NCBI RefSeq assembly: GCF_964204645.1
Contig: NC_134028.1
Location: 27,028,345-27,092,344, forward strand
Direction: 5' to 3'
DNA from: Tubulanus polymorphus
Taxonomy: Eukaryota; Animalia; Nemertea
DNA length: 64,000 nucleotides
Below the pieces are notes generated by a model. That model ran no database searches. It was not told where the DNA came from and saw only the letters and a list, made by a program, of their open reading frames with translations. This document shows, piece after piece, positions 1 through 13,100 of the stretch. The translations under genes and the position numbers were made by a program. Every line of letters starts with the position of its first letter. Position 1 is the first letter of the stretch.

Positions 1-980
1 CATCAGTCCTAAATAATCTGAATTAAGCCGATATTATATTGTATAGCTTATCTTTCAGCCCAGGAATATGCAGTATTCCAAAGTGTCCGTATTGTACACT
101 AGCAAATAGACCTCAGTCTAGCGGGCCACTGGAGGATACATTATAGTCCGTTCCCCAATGGTATACAACACAATCACAACCAAATTGATTCTTACCATTT
201 ATTCATTATCAAATATAAACATATCTAGAAATATAAATTTGTTATACAGCTTTTCTATTCTATACATTAATCGAAAAAGTACAACATTGAAATTAAAATG
301 AAATTAAACATTATCTAATAACAATAACATAAAACAGAATATAAATCTATATTTCTATGTAGATATCACATTAATGCTATAATTTGGTGCAAGGATCATC
401 CATTGAAGTAGTTTCTTTCTAATGGATTACAAGATAAGCCGTAAGATAATCTTAATTTATCCAATTTCTGTTTGATCACAGTTTGGCTAATGGTAATTCA
501 ATCATTGATTCATAGAGATCAAATTACATTCAGCTTCTAACATGTGTTATGTAAGCAGCTTGTTTACAACAACCGTTTTTATCAGATTAGTTTCAAACTT
601 TCAATTACCTGATATTACAGTATGTTCAAACTTACAATTGTAATTAGACTGAATATATTTGTAAACTTTTACTGCGTCATTTTAAGGGTGGCCACTGACC
701 TGGGTTAAACTCTAGGAATTTCCAAAAACTTGGAAAATTCTGAGAATTTGGATAACGCTATTGAACATGCGTCTTGAACAATACGCGATTCAATGAAAAA
801 TGGATGAATTGTTACATTTATAACCTGAAATTTTCTCAGATTTATTTAGGGGATATTTCGTGTAACCTTATGGACAAATCAGGGAAACCTAAGGGGGAAA
901 GTGGAGCCACCCTGATTTTGTAAGCTTCATTTTAAATTGAGTCTAAAAGACTGTTCTACCAAACAGTGTCATGCGCTAAC

Positions 981-1165
981 AGTCCGTGTCCTCGGCCCGG
1001 GCACAGGCTACCAGTCCGTGTCCTCGGCCCGGGCACAGGCTACCAGTCCCTGTCCTCGGCCCGGGCACAGGCTACCAGTCCGTGTCCTCGGCCCGGGCAC
1101 AGGCTACCAGTCCGTGTCCTCGGCCCGGGCACAGGCTACCAGTCCGTGTCCTCGGCCCGGGCACG
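981..1165. repeat. 32-bp GC-rich minisatellite, about 5.8 copies
   Basis: Unit AGTCCGTGTCCTCGGCCCGGGCACAGGCTACC at 981, 1013, 1045, 1077, 1109, 1141; contains the CCDC154-like stop codon. Confidence 0.95.
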
Positions 1166-4100
1166 GGTCGGATTACGTCCCGATCGATCGCGTGATATAA
1201 GAGATTTTCGCCGGCCACGTAAACTCTCGACGTCCGGCTCCTCAGGCGGGGTCAGTTCTACTTTAGGCGCCGGGGAACCTTTGCCGGGAAACCTTCGTGA
1301 TACAAGATGCCAACGAACGTACATCAAACGTGATTTCCACACTAACCATCTAAACGGTGAATTAAACAGAAAAATAAAAACAGAGAAACTAAATAAATAA
1401 CTCACATAACAAAACACAAAACATGCTCCTGTCTCCCATCAATCGCTACAGCTTGGATCCGTTGCTCTTAAGTTAGTTAGGCTAAAATTGATACCTCCTT
1501 TTTCTGCTGAGCTTAGATATTGACCCAACCGGCCACCTATCTATCTACCCTGTATATCGCTTGTCTTTTATATCATGATCAAGTAGTTAACCATAAGAGA
1601 CCTGCCAGTTATAGAAATTAACTCAAATTTTATTGCAGTTTACAAATGACACGGCTCATTAGGAGAAACAAGGTATCATTTTTGTTTAGATTAATCATTA
1701 GTTCCACAGTTGTGAGTTACGTAAGGGACTCATAGTTTAGATATTGAAAAGAACTATTTTTAACTGATTTGAATGAGTTAATTTTGAATCCAATTTTAAT
1801 TCAACCTGTGGAACTGGGGCCTGATACATAAATACTGGCTCTGTGAAAATGCAGTTTTTATTGTCACCGTGTCACTTGTGTTAGGTTCATCTTAATAAAC
1901 TTTTAAGCAACTGATGCTGGTTGTTTGAGCGAGCTGATTTCATGGAGAGGCAGACTGCTCAATAAACACATACAAAGTAAATCTATGATAAGCCATGTTT
2001 TAAATCTAGGAAAGCCACTAACATTTAAACATACAAAACAAAGTATGCAAGCAGCATGCAACACAACATTGCAGAAAGTGGAAACAAACTGTGAACTGAT
2101 ATCAAAACAGACAATTGAAACTTTGATTTTTGATATGGTTATTTAACGCAGCTGTCAATCTGCTGTATGTAGCCCCAGCCTACCACACTAGCCCCCACCC
2201 GGTCTAGTGTGGCAGGGTTCCGTGCTGTGGCTGAGTCTAGCGATGCCATCAGGTTTGAATCCCTGTCGGGATATCTGAAAGGGGTGCAGTGGCAGTAAAG
2301 ATCAAAGTTTCAGTTGAATCAGTGATGATATCGTGCTAATGAATGCAAATAAGCCCAGAGGGATAGAGAGGATCAATGACTACCTTGTTACAGTATAAAG
2401 ACTCCACTTATTGACAGGAGGTGCAATACGCTCAGCTTCAATACGATTCGGTTGACCTTCAGGTTTGATAAATAATCGCGGCTGATTTCCGAGTCGTAGA
2501 AACGGTTCCAGTTGTACTTTCAGTTTATCAAACTCATCCTGAAGTTCTTTTACCTCATCAACTCGCTGTGTGTTGTTAATAGAATGAAAATTGAAGACGG
2601 TTTGGTTTAGTTTGTGAGCGTAGCATTCAATGCAAGAGGTACTCGTACTGGTTAGAGGAAAGTGCACACTTATAGAGTCGTGTTTGTAAAATTCATTCAA
2701 TTTATTTTAAGAGCAATATGTAAGCATCTATGGGGAGAGGGTCACTTCTTCATAAGACATGTCAAACGGGGGGACGTTAAAACACTTTCCTCTAAACAGG
2801 TGTCTAATTCCCGAAGCACACAGCGCAGGGAAACACAGAAATAAAGGATAGAAACATGTTCCATGTGTCATGTGTGTATCCATAAAACAAGAAACATGGT
2901 TCCTGAGATAAAACACGATGATTACATGTTTCTGTGTTTCCCTGCGTTGCCTGTGTTGGGCTAAAATGCGCAGGTGTATTGAATAATCACAATGGGTTGT
3001 TATAATTTCACTGCAAGGAAAGAATTTATTGAGGAGGTCTTCAAATGCTTCATGTTAGTCGTAAAATCAGTGCTGAAACAAGAAATATTAGCATCAGTAG
3101 AAAATAATTATGAGCAGTTTGTAGTCTTAAAACCAAGTGATAAATTCCACTGATAAATTCTCAATAAACAAAAGAGTACATTTTGTACACGTAGATGAAG
3201 GTTAAGGTACCCAAAACATTGAACAATATGAACTGAAAATCATCATGAACGAAAAACAAAACATCTAACGATAAAATCTATAAAAGCTCATATTATTACT
3301 CATATTGTCTAACAGTGGTTTAACGCTTAGACCAGGAGCAAGTGAACACACCTATCCTGGATAGACATTTCAAACTGCTCTAAAAATCACAAATCAATGA
3401 ATGATAGGAAACTAATTGTTAATAGTTGCAGTAGGTGAAAGGAGGGAAGGAATGACTGTGCAGCTGATGAGAGAAGGGAAGGATTGACTGTGCAGCTGAT
3501 GAGAGAAGGGAAGGATTGACTGTGCAGCTGATGAGAGAAGGGAAGGATTGACTGTGCAGCTGATGAGAGAAGGGAAGGATTATGACTGGTGCTGAGCAGG
3601 TGTGAGGTGTAGTCATCACTTACTCCTCTATCTCACTGAGCCGACGAAGAATCTTTATTCTCCGATGGTTTCTGCTCTGGGTTACTATTACCGGTATTAT
3701 CATCTGGTTTTTTGTTCTCATTACCAGCAGCATTTTCATCCGGTTTTTTATCTTTATCAGCAGCTGTATTTTCATCAGTTTTACTATTATTGATAGGTTC
3801 AGTTTGACTGGCTCTATCGGACATTGGTTCAGTTTGACTGGCTCTATCGGACATTGGTGGTTGTTTGTCAGATGGTTGTTCATTGTCCTCATCTATTTTT
3901 GGATTTTCTTCCGCTTTTCGATTATCATCCAGATCTTTCTCAACGTCGTCGATCGATATTCGTAGTTCTTTAATTTGATCTCGAATTGTGTTTATTTCAT
4001 CCTTTTTCTAAACGGGGAGCAGGGTTGGGGTGAAGGAGGGAGGAAAATGGAATTGGAAAAAAACTTAAAATGAATATAAAACATAAACAATTTGAACAAA

Positions 4101-7100
4101 AAAAAAAGTTAATATACAGTCAAATTCCTTTATAATAACATAGTTGGGATGGTGGAGAATATGGCACCTTTAAAAATGGTATTTCTGTTGAATTAAACTT
4201 AGGTTCTACATAAATATTCTTTTGCCATTTAGTGAGCACCGGTAATAACATTAACTAGGGGTCCAGGGACAGCATGCCCACTTCCCATGTCTGAAATGCT
4301 CGACATAACTCATTTTTGATTTCAATGTAATAGGATAAACAAGAATCTAGATTTTGTCTACAGTTGGATGAACAGATGATGAATAAACAGTAAACACAAT
4401 AGCCTGCTGGGGTTTAGCCCCGGGAAGTGTTATAATAGAAGTTGACTGTAAATAAACAAATATAACTAAATCTAAAATTCAAAAACTTTGTGATGTAACT
4501 GTATTTGAATGTGCTATGTGACAGGGAGGGAGGGGAGGAATATTACTTACCAGTTTTTGTTCCGATTGAATCTTCATTCCGAGCACGGTTTTAACGGTTT
4601 GTATCGACTCCGCAAGTTTACGAATACTCGCTTGTAACTGTAAAAGTAAAATTGAAAAAAATAACTCTTGATCGACAGTGAAATTCTGTGGGTCAATGAT
4701 TCAGGTTTGATTAAATACAAAGAAACAACTAACGATAAATATTTCAATGGAAATACAACTGATAATTTTAGTTCAGTAACCGATCAAACTCTGCCTTACT
4801 CAGACAATGTTGTTACCGCAAATATTTCTCTGGACACCGAGTCGACTATCAGGGAAATTAGTAGTCATTTCATGAAAAGCGTTTTGTTAAATTCACCGTC
4901 TTGAGAGCAGTTAACAGAGTTGACCGGCACCGAGAAAAGAGTAGCTTCAAATATTAAACTGTAAATGACACATGGATTTAAGACAGTTTACATACAACTA
5001 GTGCAGTGGTAGAAAATGTGCTGAGAAATATTTCACTAGAAATTGATACATTTTAGCAACAGAAGCAAATAAATAGAAAATCCTGTTAGAGAGATGAAGT
5101 TACTGATGAAACACCAGCGTCCAGTTTTATAGATGTGGATGCAAAACAAATCCTGGGAACATTTTGAAATTCGTCAGTTATTACCACGGTTTCTTACTGA
5201 TACTAAGGCGGTTGTCACCCGGGTTAAGGATTTACTTACCCCTAGTGGTAATATAGATACAGTCTATGAAACCGGGCCAGGTGTAGTAAACAATGTTAAT
5301 AATTAGAGGGAGTTCCAAGAGAATGGAACGAAAGAGTAACCAATAGAAAAACCAAATGTAGTAGTTTCATTTTGAAAGACACGACCACACAATACACAAT
5401 ATCAATGTAATATACCTGCTCAATATCTGCCTCAATCTTTGACTGTTTTAGATACATAAAAATATGCATTAAAAAGAAAATACATTCAACCGCATTCGCA
5501 CTTAATAAAGCTTTTCGCACAGAAGAATAAGATAATACTTTTGGAAAGCAGTGTGTGTGTATTTTGTTTGTGAAGTTCACTTCAAACAAGGACAACAGGC
5601 CTTTTTATGAGATTCATAGTGTGCAACCTAATGACTATCATTGAATATGATTTGTGAAGAAACTTATGTAGTTTGTACATGTGTTTGTGTAAGTGTACAT
5701 GCATATATCACAGATGTACATGCATTATGGGCAACAATAAAAGATAGTCGGCCCAGGGGTTTGACTTGATCCCCAAACCTCATGTAAATCCAAACGTATA
5801 AACGTACGCGTGTTACAGATTCTGTAGAAATGAAGATGAATTTGACTACCTTTTACTGCTGCAGCTATCTACAAATATCTATATATGGCCTACAGTGTTC
5901 ACCAGATGAAGACGTCAATGCTTACATTATCGAGGTCCTCCCTACTCGGTCCATCACTCGGTTTAGCATTCAATTTTTCGAGTTCTCTACGAATTGATTC
6001 CACATCTGAAACTCTACAAAATATATCATACAAACATTTAGATGATGAAATTGAAAAGTACTGAATCCAGTTCTGACAGAAATTGGACTCGTTTAACACA
6101 TTTAACTTATCAAAAATGAACAACAGTGATTCTAGCTTAAATAATCATCAAATGAGCTGTCTCATTACTGAAAATGACTCAGAGTCAGAACTGTGGACAT
6201 CAATCCTGAACTAACACATTATCATAAAACGATACCTGTTATCAATCTCTGATGATATTCGTGCCGACAAATCTCCGTTTAATAAATTATATTTTTGATT
6301 CAACTCATAAACCTATAAAAGATGAATATAATTTCCTCATTAAACCTATGAATGCCGGTAGATTCTATGGATACACCATGTGTCAGATGCATGTACAGTT
6401 AACGTTACCCAACTCACACTAACTGCGAATGGCAAAAGAAGTCTGAGCTAAAGATTATTAGAAGAAATCCAAAAAAATAATAATAATAATAATAATAATT
6501 GACATTTATATAGCGCAGGTATCCGAACTAGAGTCTGTTCAAACTTGGTATTATTACCCCCAGCCTATAACTCTATTCCATGTATCAGTCATCTCTCCCT
6601 GGGGAGAGGTAACATCCGAGCAGCTACTAGGCGCTCAGGAGTCATCTATCAGACCAGGTACCCATTTAATCCTGGGTAGAGAGAGGCAATGAGGATAAGT
6701 GTCTTGCCCGAGGACACTACGGCAATGTACAGAGTTCGAACCCATGACCGGGCTTCCCACAGTCGAATGCTCTAACCGCTCGGCCACACTGCTCCTAAAT
6801 AATCATGTCTTTTTCTAAGTGTTTGCCATGTCCAAGTTAGGAGAAAGTTTACCGTGATCACTTTCACAAAAAAGGTTAACCTAAAAACTTAGATAAGTTT
6901 GAATTGTTGTCCGTGAAGTAATAGCAATTAAACCAAAAATCTGAGTTACACCCTTTTGTGAATCTGGACCTCGATGATTGACAGCTTACATCAGTGGGTA
7001 ATTTAGTCTGTAATTCCTGTAACTGTTTCAGATTTGCGCTCATATTTTCCTGCCAGCGACTAATTGCTTCGACCTTCTCTCGAATATTCTCTGACATCAC

Positions 7101-10100
7101 ATTCGACGCCTACCGAAGAAAAAATGTACAAAATATTAATGACGTATTTCACTAGAATATTGATTACAGTCGAATGAACAAGTTCTGTTAGATCTCGATT
7201 GCTGATCACAGACCAATGAATGGAATAGATTACCTCCATCAACTCCTTGTGCTGATGTTATGCAGCAATAATAAAAATGTATCGAAAAATTATTACATTT
7301 CAGTGAAATTACATTCAGGACCGAGTTCCACAGTTGTGAATAAGAGTTAACTCTGAGTTCATTCTTAATGAGTTGACTCCTGAGCTAAATCTAAACTCTG
7401 AACTGTGTGGGTTCAATCCTATATCAAACACATTTAACATTCTATGCGTTTACTTGTAAAATATCATAAGAATAGTTCTTTTCTAGTGTCTAGCTGTTGT
7501 TCCCAAAACAAGGTTCTAAGGTTTACATGTTGTAAGATCGGCTGGTATCTCAAGTCTAGTCTAACCTGCTACCACTATCTAGCTAGTCCCCCTTCCCCCG
7601 AAATGAGTTCTAATGACGGATCGGCTTGTATCTAATTTCTAAACATTTATCATGCTAGCCATTTTCCTGAAATGAGGGGGTGTAGCATAAGTTCATCAGC
7701 TGGTATCTCTAGTTTAGCATCTAGCCATTGCCCAGAACATGGGGTTCTAGGTGTGACCCATGAAATCTGTTGGTGTTCATCAGACTATAGGTAGAAATTG
7801 CTCACGATTCAAACCTCTCGATACTTTGAATTAAGGGCATCGATATAGCTTTAAACATATAAAGCACATACAACATAACGATATAGTATACCTCGGGATT
7901 CATTTGTTGCCTCCTAATTGCCTGCAAGCAGCATTTCATAATAAAACAAAATTTGTATTTAATCGGGTGCTGTTAGTAAAGAGAATGATTTGATAGTCTG
8001 GGTAAAATACTTACAGCTTGTATTCGACTTTCAAGTTTATCTTCGATCTGTGATATTTTCACGTTTAGAGACAGAAGTCGGGTATCCATGTCGTTTAACT
8101 GACGAATAGCTGATTGTTGACGCTCTTCGATCGCGTCAGAGAGATCCTTACGAATCTGGAAAAATAAATCATTCAGATATTCACATATCTCTGAGACTCC
8201 CGGGTAATGCATGATCCTGTATATATAACATTAAAGAAAAACCTATAAATATTTCAATTTTCACCATTCACTATCATATAGAGTAGACAGCGCTTGTCAC
8301 AGAGCCTCTTATTCTATGCCCGGAACTATGTTTGCAATGGAGCAACTGATTACCTAGGATTATCATATGCCGTGAACTCTCCTTGACGTAGAGCCAATTG
8401 CCTTGGATTATCACATGCCAGATGTGACAAAATTTTTAAGATTTTCCAATGTAATTCAGACTTGTAGATTTTATCAATCAGTACCGCGAGATCTGAAGCA
8501 AGCGCCATCTACCGAGAATAAAAACATTCACAGGCACAACATGAGAAAAAGGAGGTCGTGATTAGAAAATTACAAAATGACAAACAACATTGACGACAGG
8601 AGATCAACAATTGTTATATATGTTTGTTGTTCATACAAATACTGTAACAATGAAGCCGTTAAAACCTAGAGAAAAATACATATTATATAAATACAATGTT
8701 TATGAAATGTATATAATGAATGAAATACATATATATTCATCTTGCCTTCTTCAAACGTGTCAATAATTTCTTGTTTTTAGACCTAGGCTGAAAACAAATG
8801 AAAATTGTTCATGCCTTCAGTAATACTCTTGAGTTTCCAATATGAAGTGTATAAATGTGTGTAGTGGTTAGGCAGGTATGTATGATTACCAGTGAAACTG
8901 CTGTAGCCGGTTGCTGATCGGATGCTGGAGGAGATACAGGTTTTACATCAGTTTGAGTACAACCTGTTGTCTTGTTAGAGGAAGTAATGTTGATCATTCT
9001 GTCCGGCGAGGAGGGTGTATCAACAGTAGCTGACAATGGTGAAAATGTCGATACCCTTGATTGACATGCCAGTATCCTATCACCTCCCCGTTCATTAATG
9101 GGAGGTTCTTCTGTACCTTCTCGCTCAGTGTAAGCAGGTCCTCCTCTACCTCCCTGTTCAGCACAAGGAGGTCCTCCTCTACCTCCCTGTTCAGCACAAG
9201 GAGGTCCTCCTCTACCTCCCTGTTCAGCACAAGGAGGTCCTCCTCTACCTCCCTGTTCAGCACAAGGAGGTCCTCCTCTACCTCCCTGTTCAGCACAAGG
9301 AGGTCCTCCTCTACCTCCCTGTTCAGCACAAGGAGGTCCTCCTCTACCTCCCTGTTCAGCACAAGGAGGTCCTCCTCTACCTCCCTGTTCAGCACAAGGA
9401 GGTCCTCCTCTACCTCCCTGTTCAGCACAAGGAGGTCCTCCTCTACCTCCCTGTTCAGCACAAGGAGGTCCTCCTCTACCTCCCTGTTCAGCACAAGGAG
9501 GTCCTCCTCTACCTCCCTGTTCAGCACAAGGAGGTCCTCCTCTACCTCCCTGTTCAGCACAAGGAGGTCCTCCTCTACCTCCCTGTTCAGCACAAGGAGG
9601 TCCTCCTCTACCTCCCTGTTCAGCACAAGGAGGTCCTCTACCTTCCACCTCAGTACATTGAGTCCTACATGATGATACAACCACTGCTGGCAATTCTTCT
9701 TCGATTCTAATTTCTGGAGTTTTGTTGTTTCGAATCAAAACTTTTAAAACTGCTGATTTCCCATCAAATAAATGTCGTCCATGTTGGAATTCTAATTGAG
9801 TATGACGCCTTGACTTGGTTTGTGTCTCAATACTATGAAATGATGGAGTCACATCTGTCTTACACCATGGAGTTGGATTCCTACAAGTAGGAGGCTTGCG
9901 ATTGGGTTTCAATTCTGAATTCAGTTGCGGGCTAAGTGTTTGAGGTACTCCAACTGTTCCAGTGTTGTACTGACGCTCCAATCCTCCAGTGTTGTGTAGG
10001 AGTTCAGCTCCTCCAGTGTTGTGTAGGAGTTCAGCTCCTCCAGTGTTGTGTAGGAGTTCTGCTCCTCCAGTGTTGTTAGTTTCTCCTGTGTTGTAGTTTG

Positions 10101-13100
10101 TTTGAGTGGAAGTAGTCTGATATTTGTCAGTCGAGTTCCGCATCCAAGATTCCACTTTACTTCGCGCTAATTCTGAAGGCGTACTTTGTCTCGATTTAAT
10201 GAATTTCTGTCCGGTCAAAACGGATGAATTTCGTGAATCTTTACGATAAACTTTATGCGAACCGGAATGCGCTGGTTTTACATGGAGCTGATGATAGTTA
10301 ATCCCTGTAGTTTCTAGAGAAGGAGAGGTTTGAGTTGTCGCGAAGTTTGTTAGATGAGATAAGCTGAATGTTGTTTGAGTTTGGTGGATCAATGCATTTA
10401 GTTGTGATGGCGAAGTTTGCGCTGATTTCGTATTGAAATAAACACTTTTCCATGGATTTGAGAAACCATCGACAGGAGTCACTTGAGCTCGGAACCTTCT
10501 GCCAACTTGACTCCCAACAAAATCATACTTACTACCAGTATCAACGTGCTGGTTTGATTCAGTGGTTTTTGGAAGTGCTGCCGACAGCTTCTTTGTTCTG
10601 GAGACACGCCCCTTTTCTTTAACAGAACCGTTTGTTTGAATTGGAATTTTGGAAGTTTTTAAGAAGACTGGGTATACAAAAGTTGTCTGATGATGTATAG
10701 GTATGTTTTTACTGATCGGAGGAGATAGCACAGGTACAGGACTTGTTTGAGTTAGTGTATCCACTAGTTTCCGGTGACCAACACCTGAAGTGATATCCGG
10801 GTCCTTGTTGAGCACAGTGAATTTTTTTGAAAGATGCGTTATTGCGGGGAAACTGATATTTCCAGAAGATCCTGCGATTTTCAGTGGAGGTTGTTTGGAC
10901 TGAGATTTTGATGGTGAATTATACAAGGGCTGCTGCTTCGAGGAACTGATATCTTTTGCGATCATTTTTGGAGGCAACTGTTTTGCTGATGCTTGTAGAT
11001 CCACTTTTTCTCTTTTAGCAGGATAAATAGTTTGTGTTGTTGAACATTTTGACGCCAATTTAGGAAACATAGTGTTAGTAGATGAGTCAGTCATTTTTGT
11101 ACGTGTCTGTTTCACTGAACTGACACAGGATTGAACGTGTTTCGTGCAAGGAAATCTAACAGGAGAACAAGCCTTGTCCAGAAATGACGGTTGAACTGGA
11201 GATGAACTAGAAAAACTATTAGAACAAGAACAGTCATCCGAGGATGTCTCAAAATCCGGAGTTTTAGCAGTTTTATGAATCTTATCACGGCGTTTGTGAT
11301 AAGAATCGTCGAGTGACTCAGAGATTTGTGTTTGACACGAGAAGTCTTCAGTTCTAGTAGCATTTGTGTTCGGGACCGGAAGATACCTCGAATCAGAGAG
11401 TAACAATAGATTCGGTTCGTAAACCGTATTCTCGTCGATCGGCGACAACGCGTAGATCTCGATTTTATAAACGTCGGAATTTTCATCATCGTCTGAGTTC
11501 GTAGTCGGGGACGACGCGTCGCTGAAATCTCTGATCGGGGAACAAGCTCGATCTGAGACGTAAACGATCTCTGAATCACGGAATCCAGAATCAGTGAACG
11601 CTGAACTACTGTGACTGATGTAACTAGATATTGACGAATCGTTTGAGTTTTCGCAGCACGAGATTTCATTCGAGAATCCTCTTTCATCGTCGTTCCCGTC
11701 ATCGGGGATTGTTATCGGGGAACTACCGTGATCGCAGAATCTTTTATTCTGACTACGGATTAAAACTCTGCGATGAATCCGACGAAGAGAGTTCGTCATT
11801 TCGTCGCGATCGTCGTCGAGATTCGACGCGAAGTGATTCGCCGATCTCTGACAGGAATTCGCCGCAGAGGAATCGAAACTTCGTAAATTCATGTTCATCG
11901 ATTGCGATGAATCTTTCGGACAAGTTAAGAATCCTTCGATATCTTTATGACAGCCCTCCTCCTTATCAAGGATTATTACTGTGGCGAGTGAGGAGGGCTG
12001 TCTCCGAAAATTCTGGATCGACAACTGAGGAATATCGATTCCAGCGAGTTTCAAACTGGCGAACGACATCGGTGACAGCGGCGAACAGACTTTATCATTC
12101 ACATCGAGTAGATCAATACTTCTCACAACATCACGAGTTGTTATAACTAATTCAGCAGAGAGATGGTCAGCGGAGAGATGGTCAGTGGAGAGATGGTCAT
12201 CAGAAAGGTGGTCAGCAAAGAGGTTATCAGTAGAGATGTCATCAGCAGACAGTTCATCTGGGGAATTGACAGCTACGTAAGAGTCATTCCTACTTTCTGT
12301 TGAAGAACTGAAATCTTCACCGATTTCTAGAGATTCAGCGTAAGTCACAGCCGTCAATGAATTCACATGACTCATCGGGGAACAGACCTTGTCATATCTA
12401 GTAAATGTTTGTTGACTAGGTGTCTGTAGAGGTTTTATGCTCGTAATGCTGGTCTCGAGGTCTATGTTGTCGTAAGGTACATTTTTATGCGGTTTTGATG
12501 TTACCTGTATGAAAAAAGATTTTCAAAAACGTGATTAATTCTGCATGCATTGAAATAATGAGACATACGTCAGATTGGTGAGGGGTAGCAACAATGTGTG
12601 TGCTCGTTAAAAAATCTAGAGGACCCAGTTCCACACAGATAGACCGTCTGTAAAAAGGGCGTTGCCAGTAATTTTTGTGGGGAGATCAAAATCGCCAATA
12701 ACTCAGCAATCAGCAGATGGGGTTCCTCCCTGCATAATATTTTGAATCTTTTAGTGTATTTTTCGAGCATTAGAAACGATTTTGCAATGTGAAAACGTTA
12801 CTTACTCCTCCGTCAAAAAAATATAATGATGAATGAGCAGAACTTTGAAATGGTTGTCATTTGAAATCCCCAAACCCCTGGCCCCTTCTGGCAACGACCT
12901 TGATAGAAACAAATGTGGAACCAGTTCCTGGTGACGAAAACTTCTACATACTTCAAATCTAGTACAAAAGAGAGCAAATATTTCACCGTGTTTTGTAGAA
13001 GGAAGGAATCTATTCCTAAACAAACAGTGAATGAGAGAGATAGAAACAACATTAAAAACAACATCAATTATTACATCATCTTTCAACTGTTGTTTGATTG

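Noticed and set aside
937-1400. Three overlapping + strand ORFs
   Set aside because: They result from the 32-bp repeat and lie antisense to the CCDC154-like last exon.
3444-3585. Hammerhead core in the CTGATGAG-containing repeat
   Set aside because: No stem II or GAAA box follows.
6715-6795. tRNA gene (also 13780-13857 and 60820-60890)
   Set aside because: A/B boxes are present but there is no complete cloverleaf and the sequence continues into SINE-like bodies.
8994-9680. Alternative-frame ORFs (EVEEDLLVLNR)n and (SSSTSLFSTRR)n
   Set aside because: A stop-free 33-bp unit opens several frames automatically.
11112-12146. 196-aa and 171-aa overlapping ORFs
   Set aside because: Shadow frames of the giant exon with no recognisable domain.
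8809-12375. 1188-aa ORF as an independent single-exon gene
   Set aside because: The frame stays open 129 nt upstream to a strong acceptor and has an in-frame donor before the stop; better explained as an internal exon, though internal termination is not excluded.
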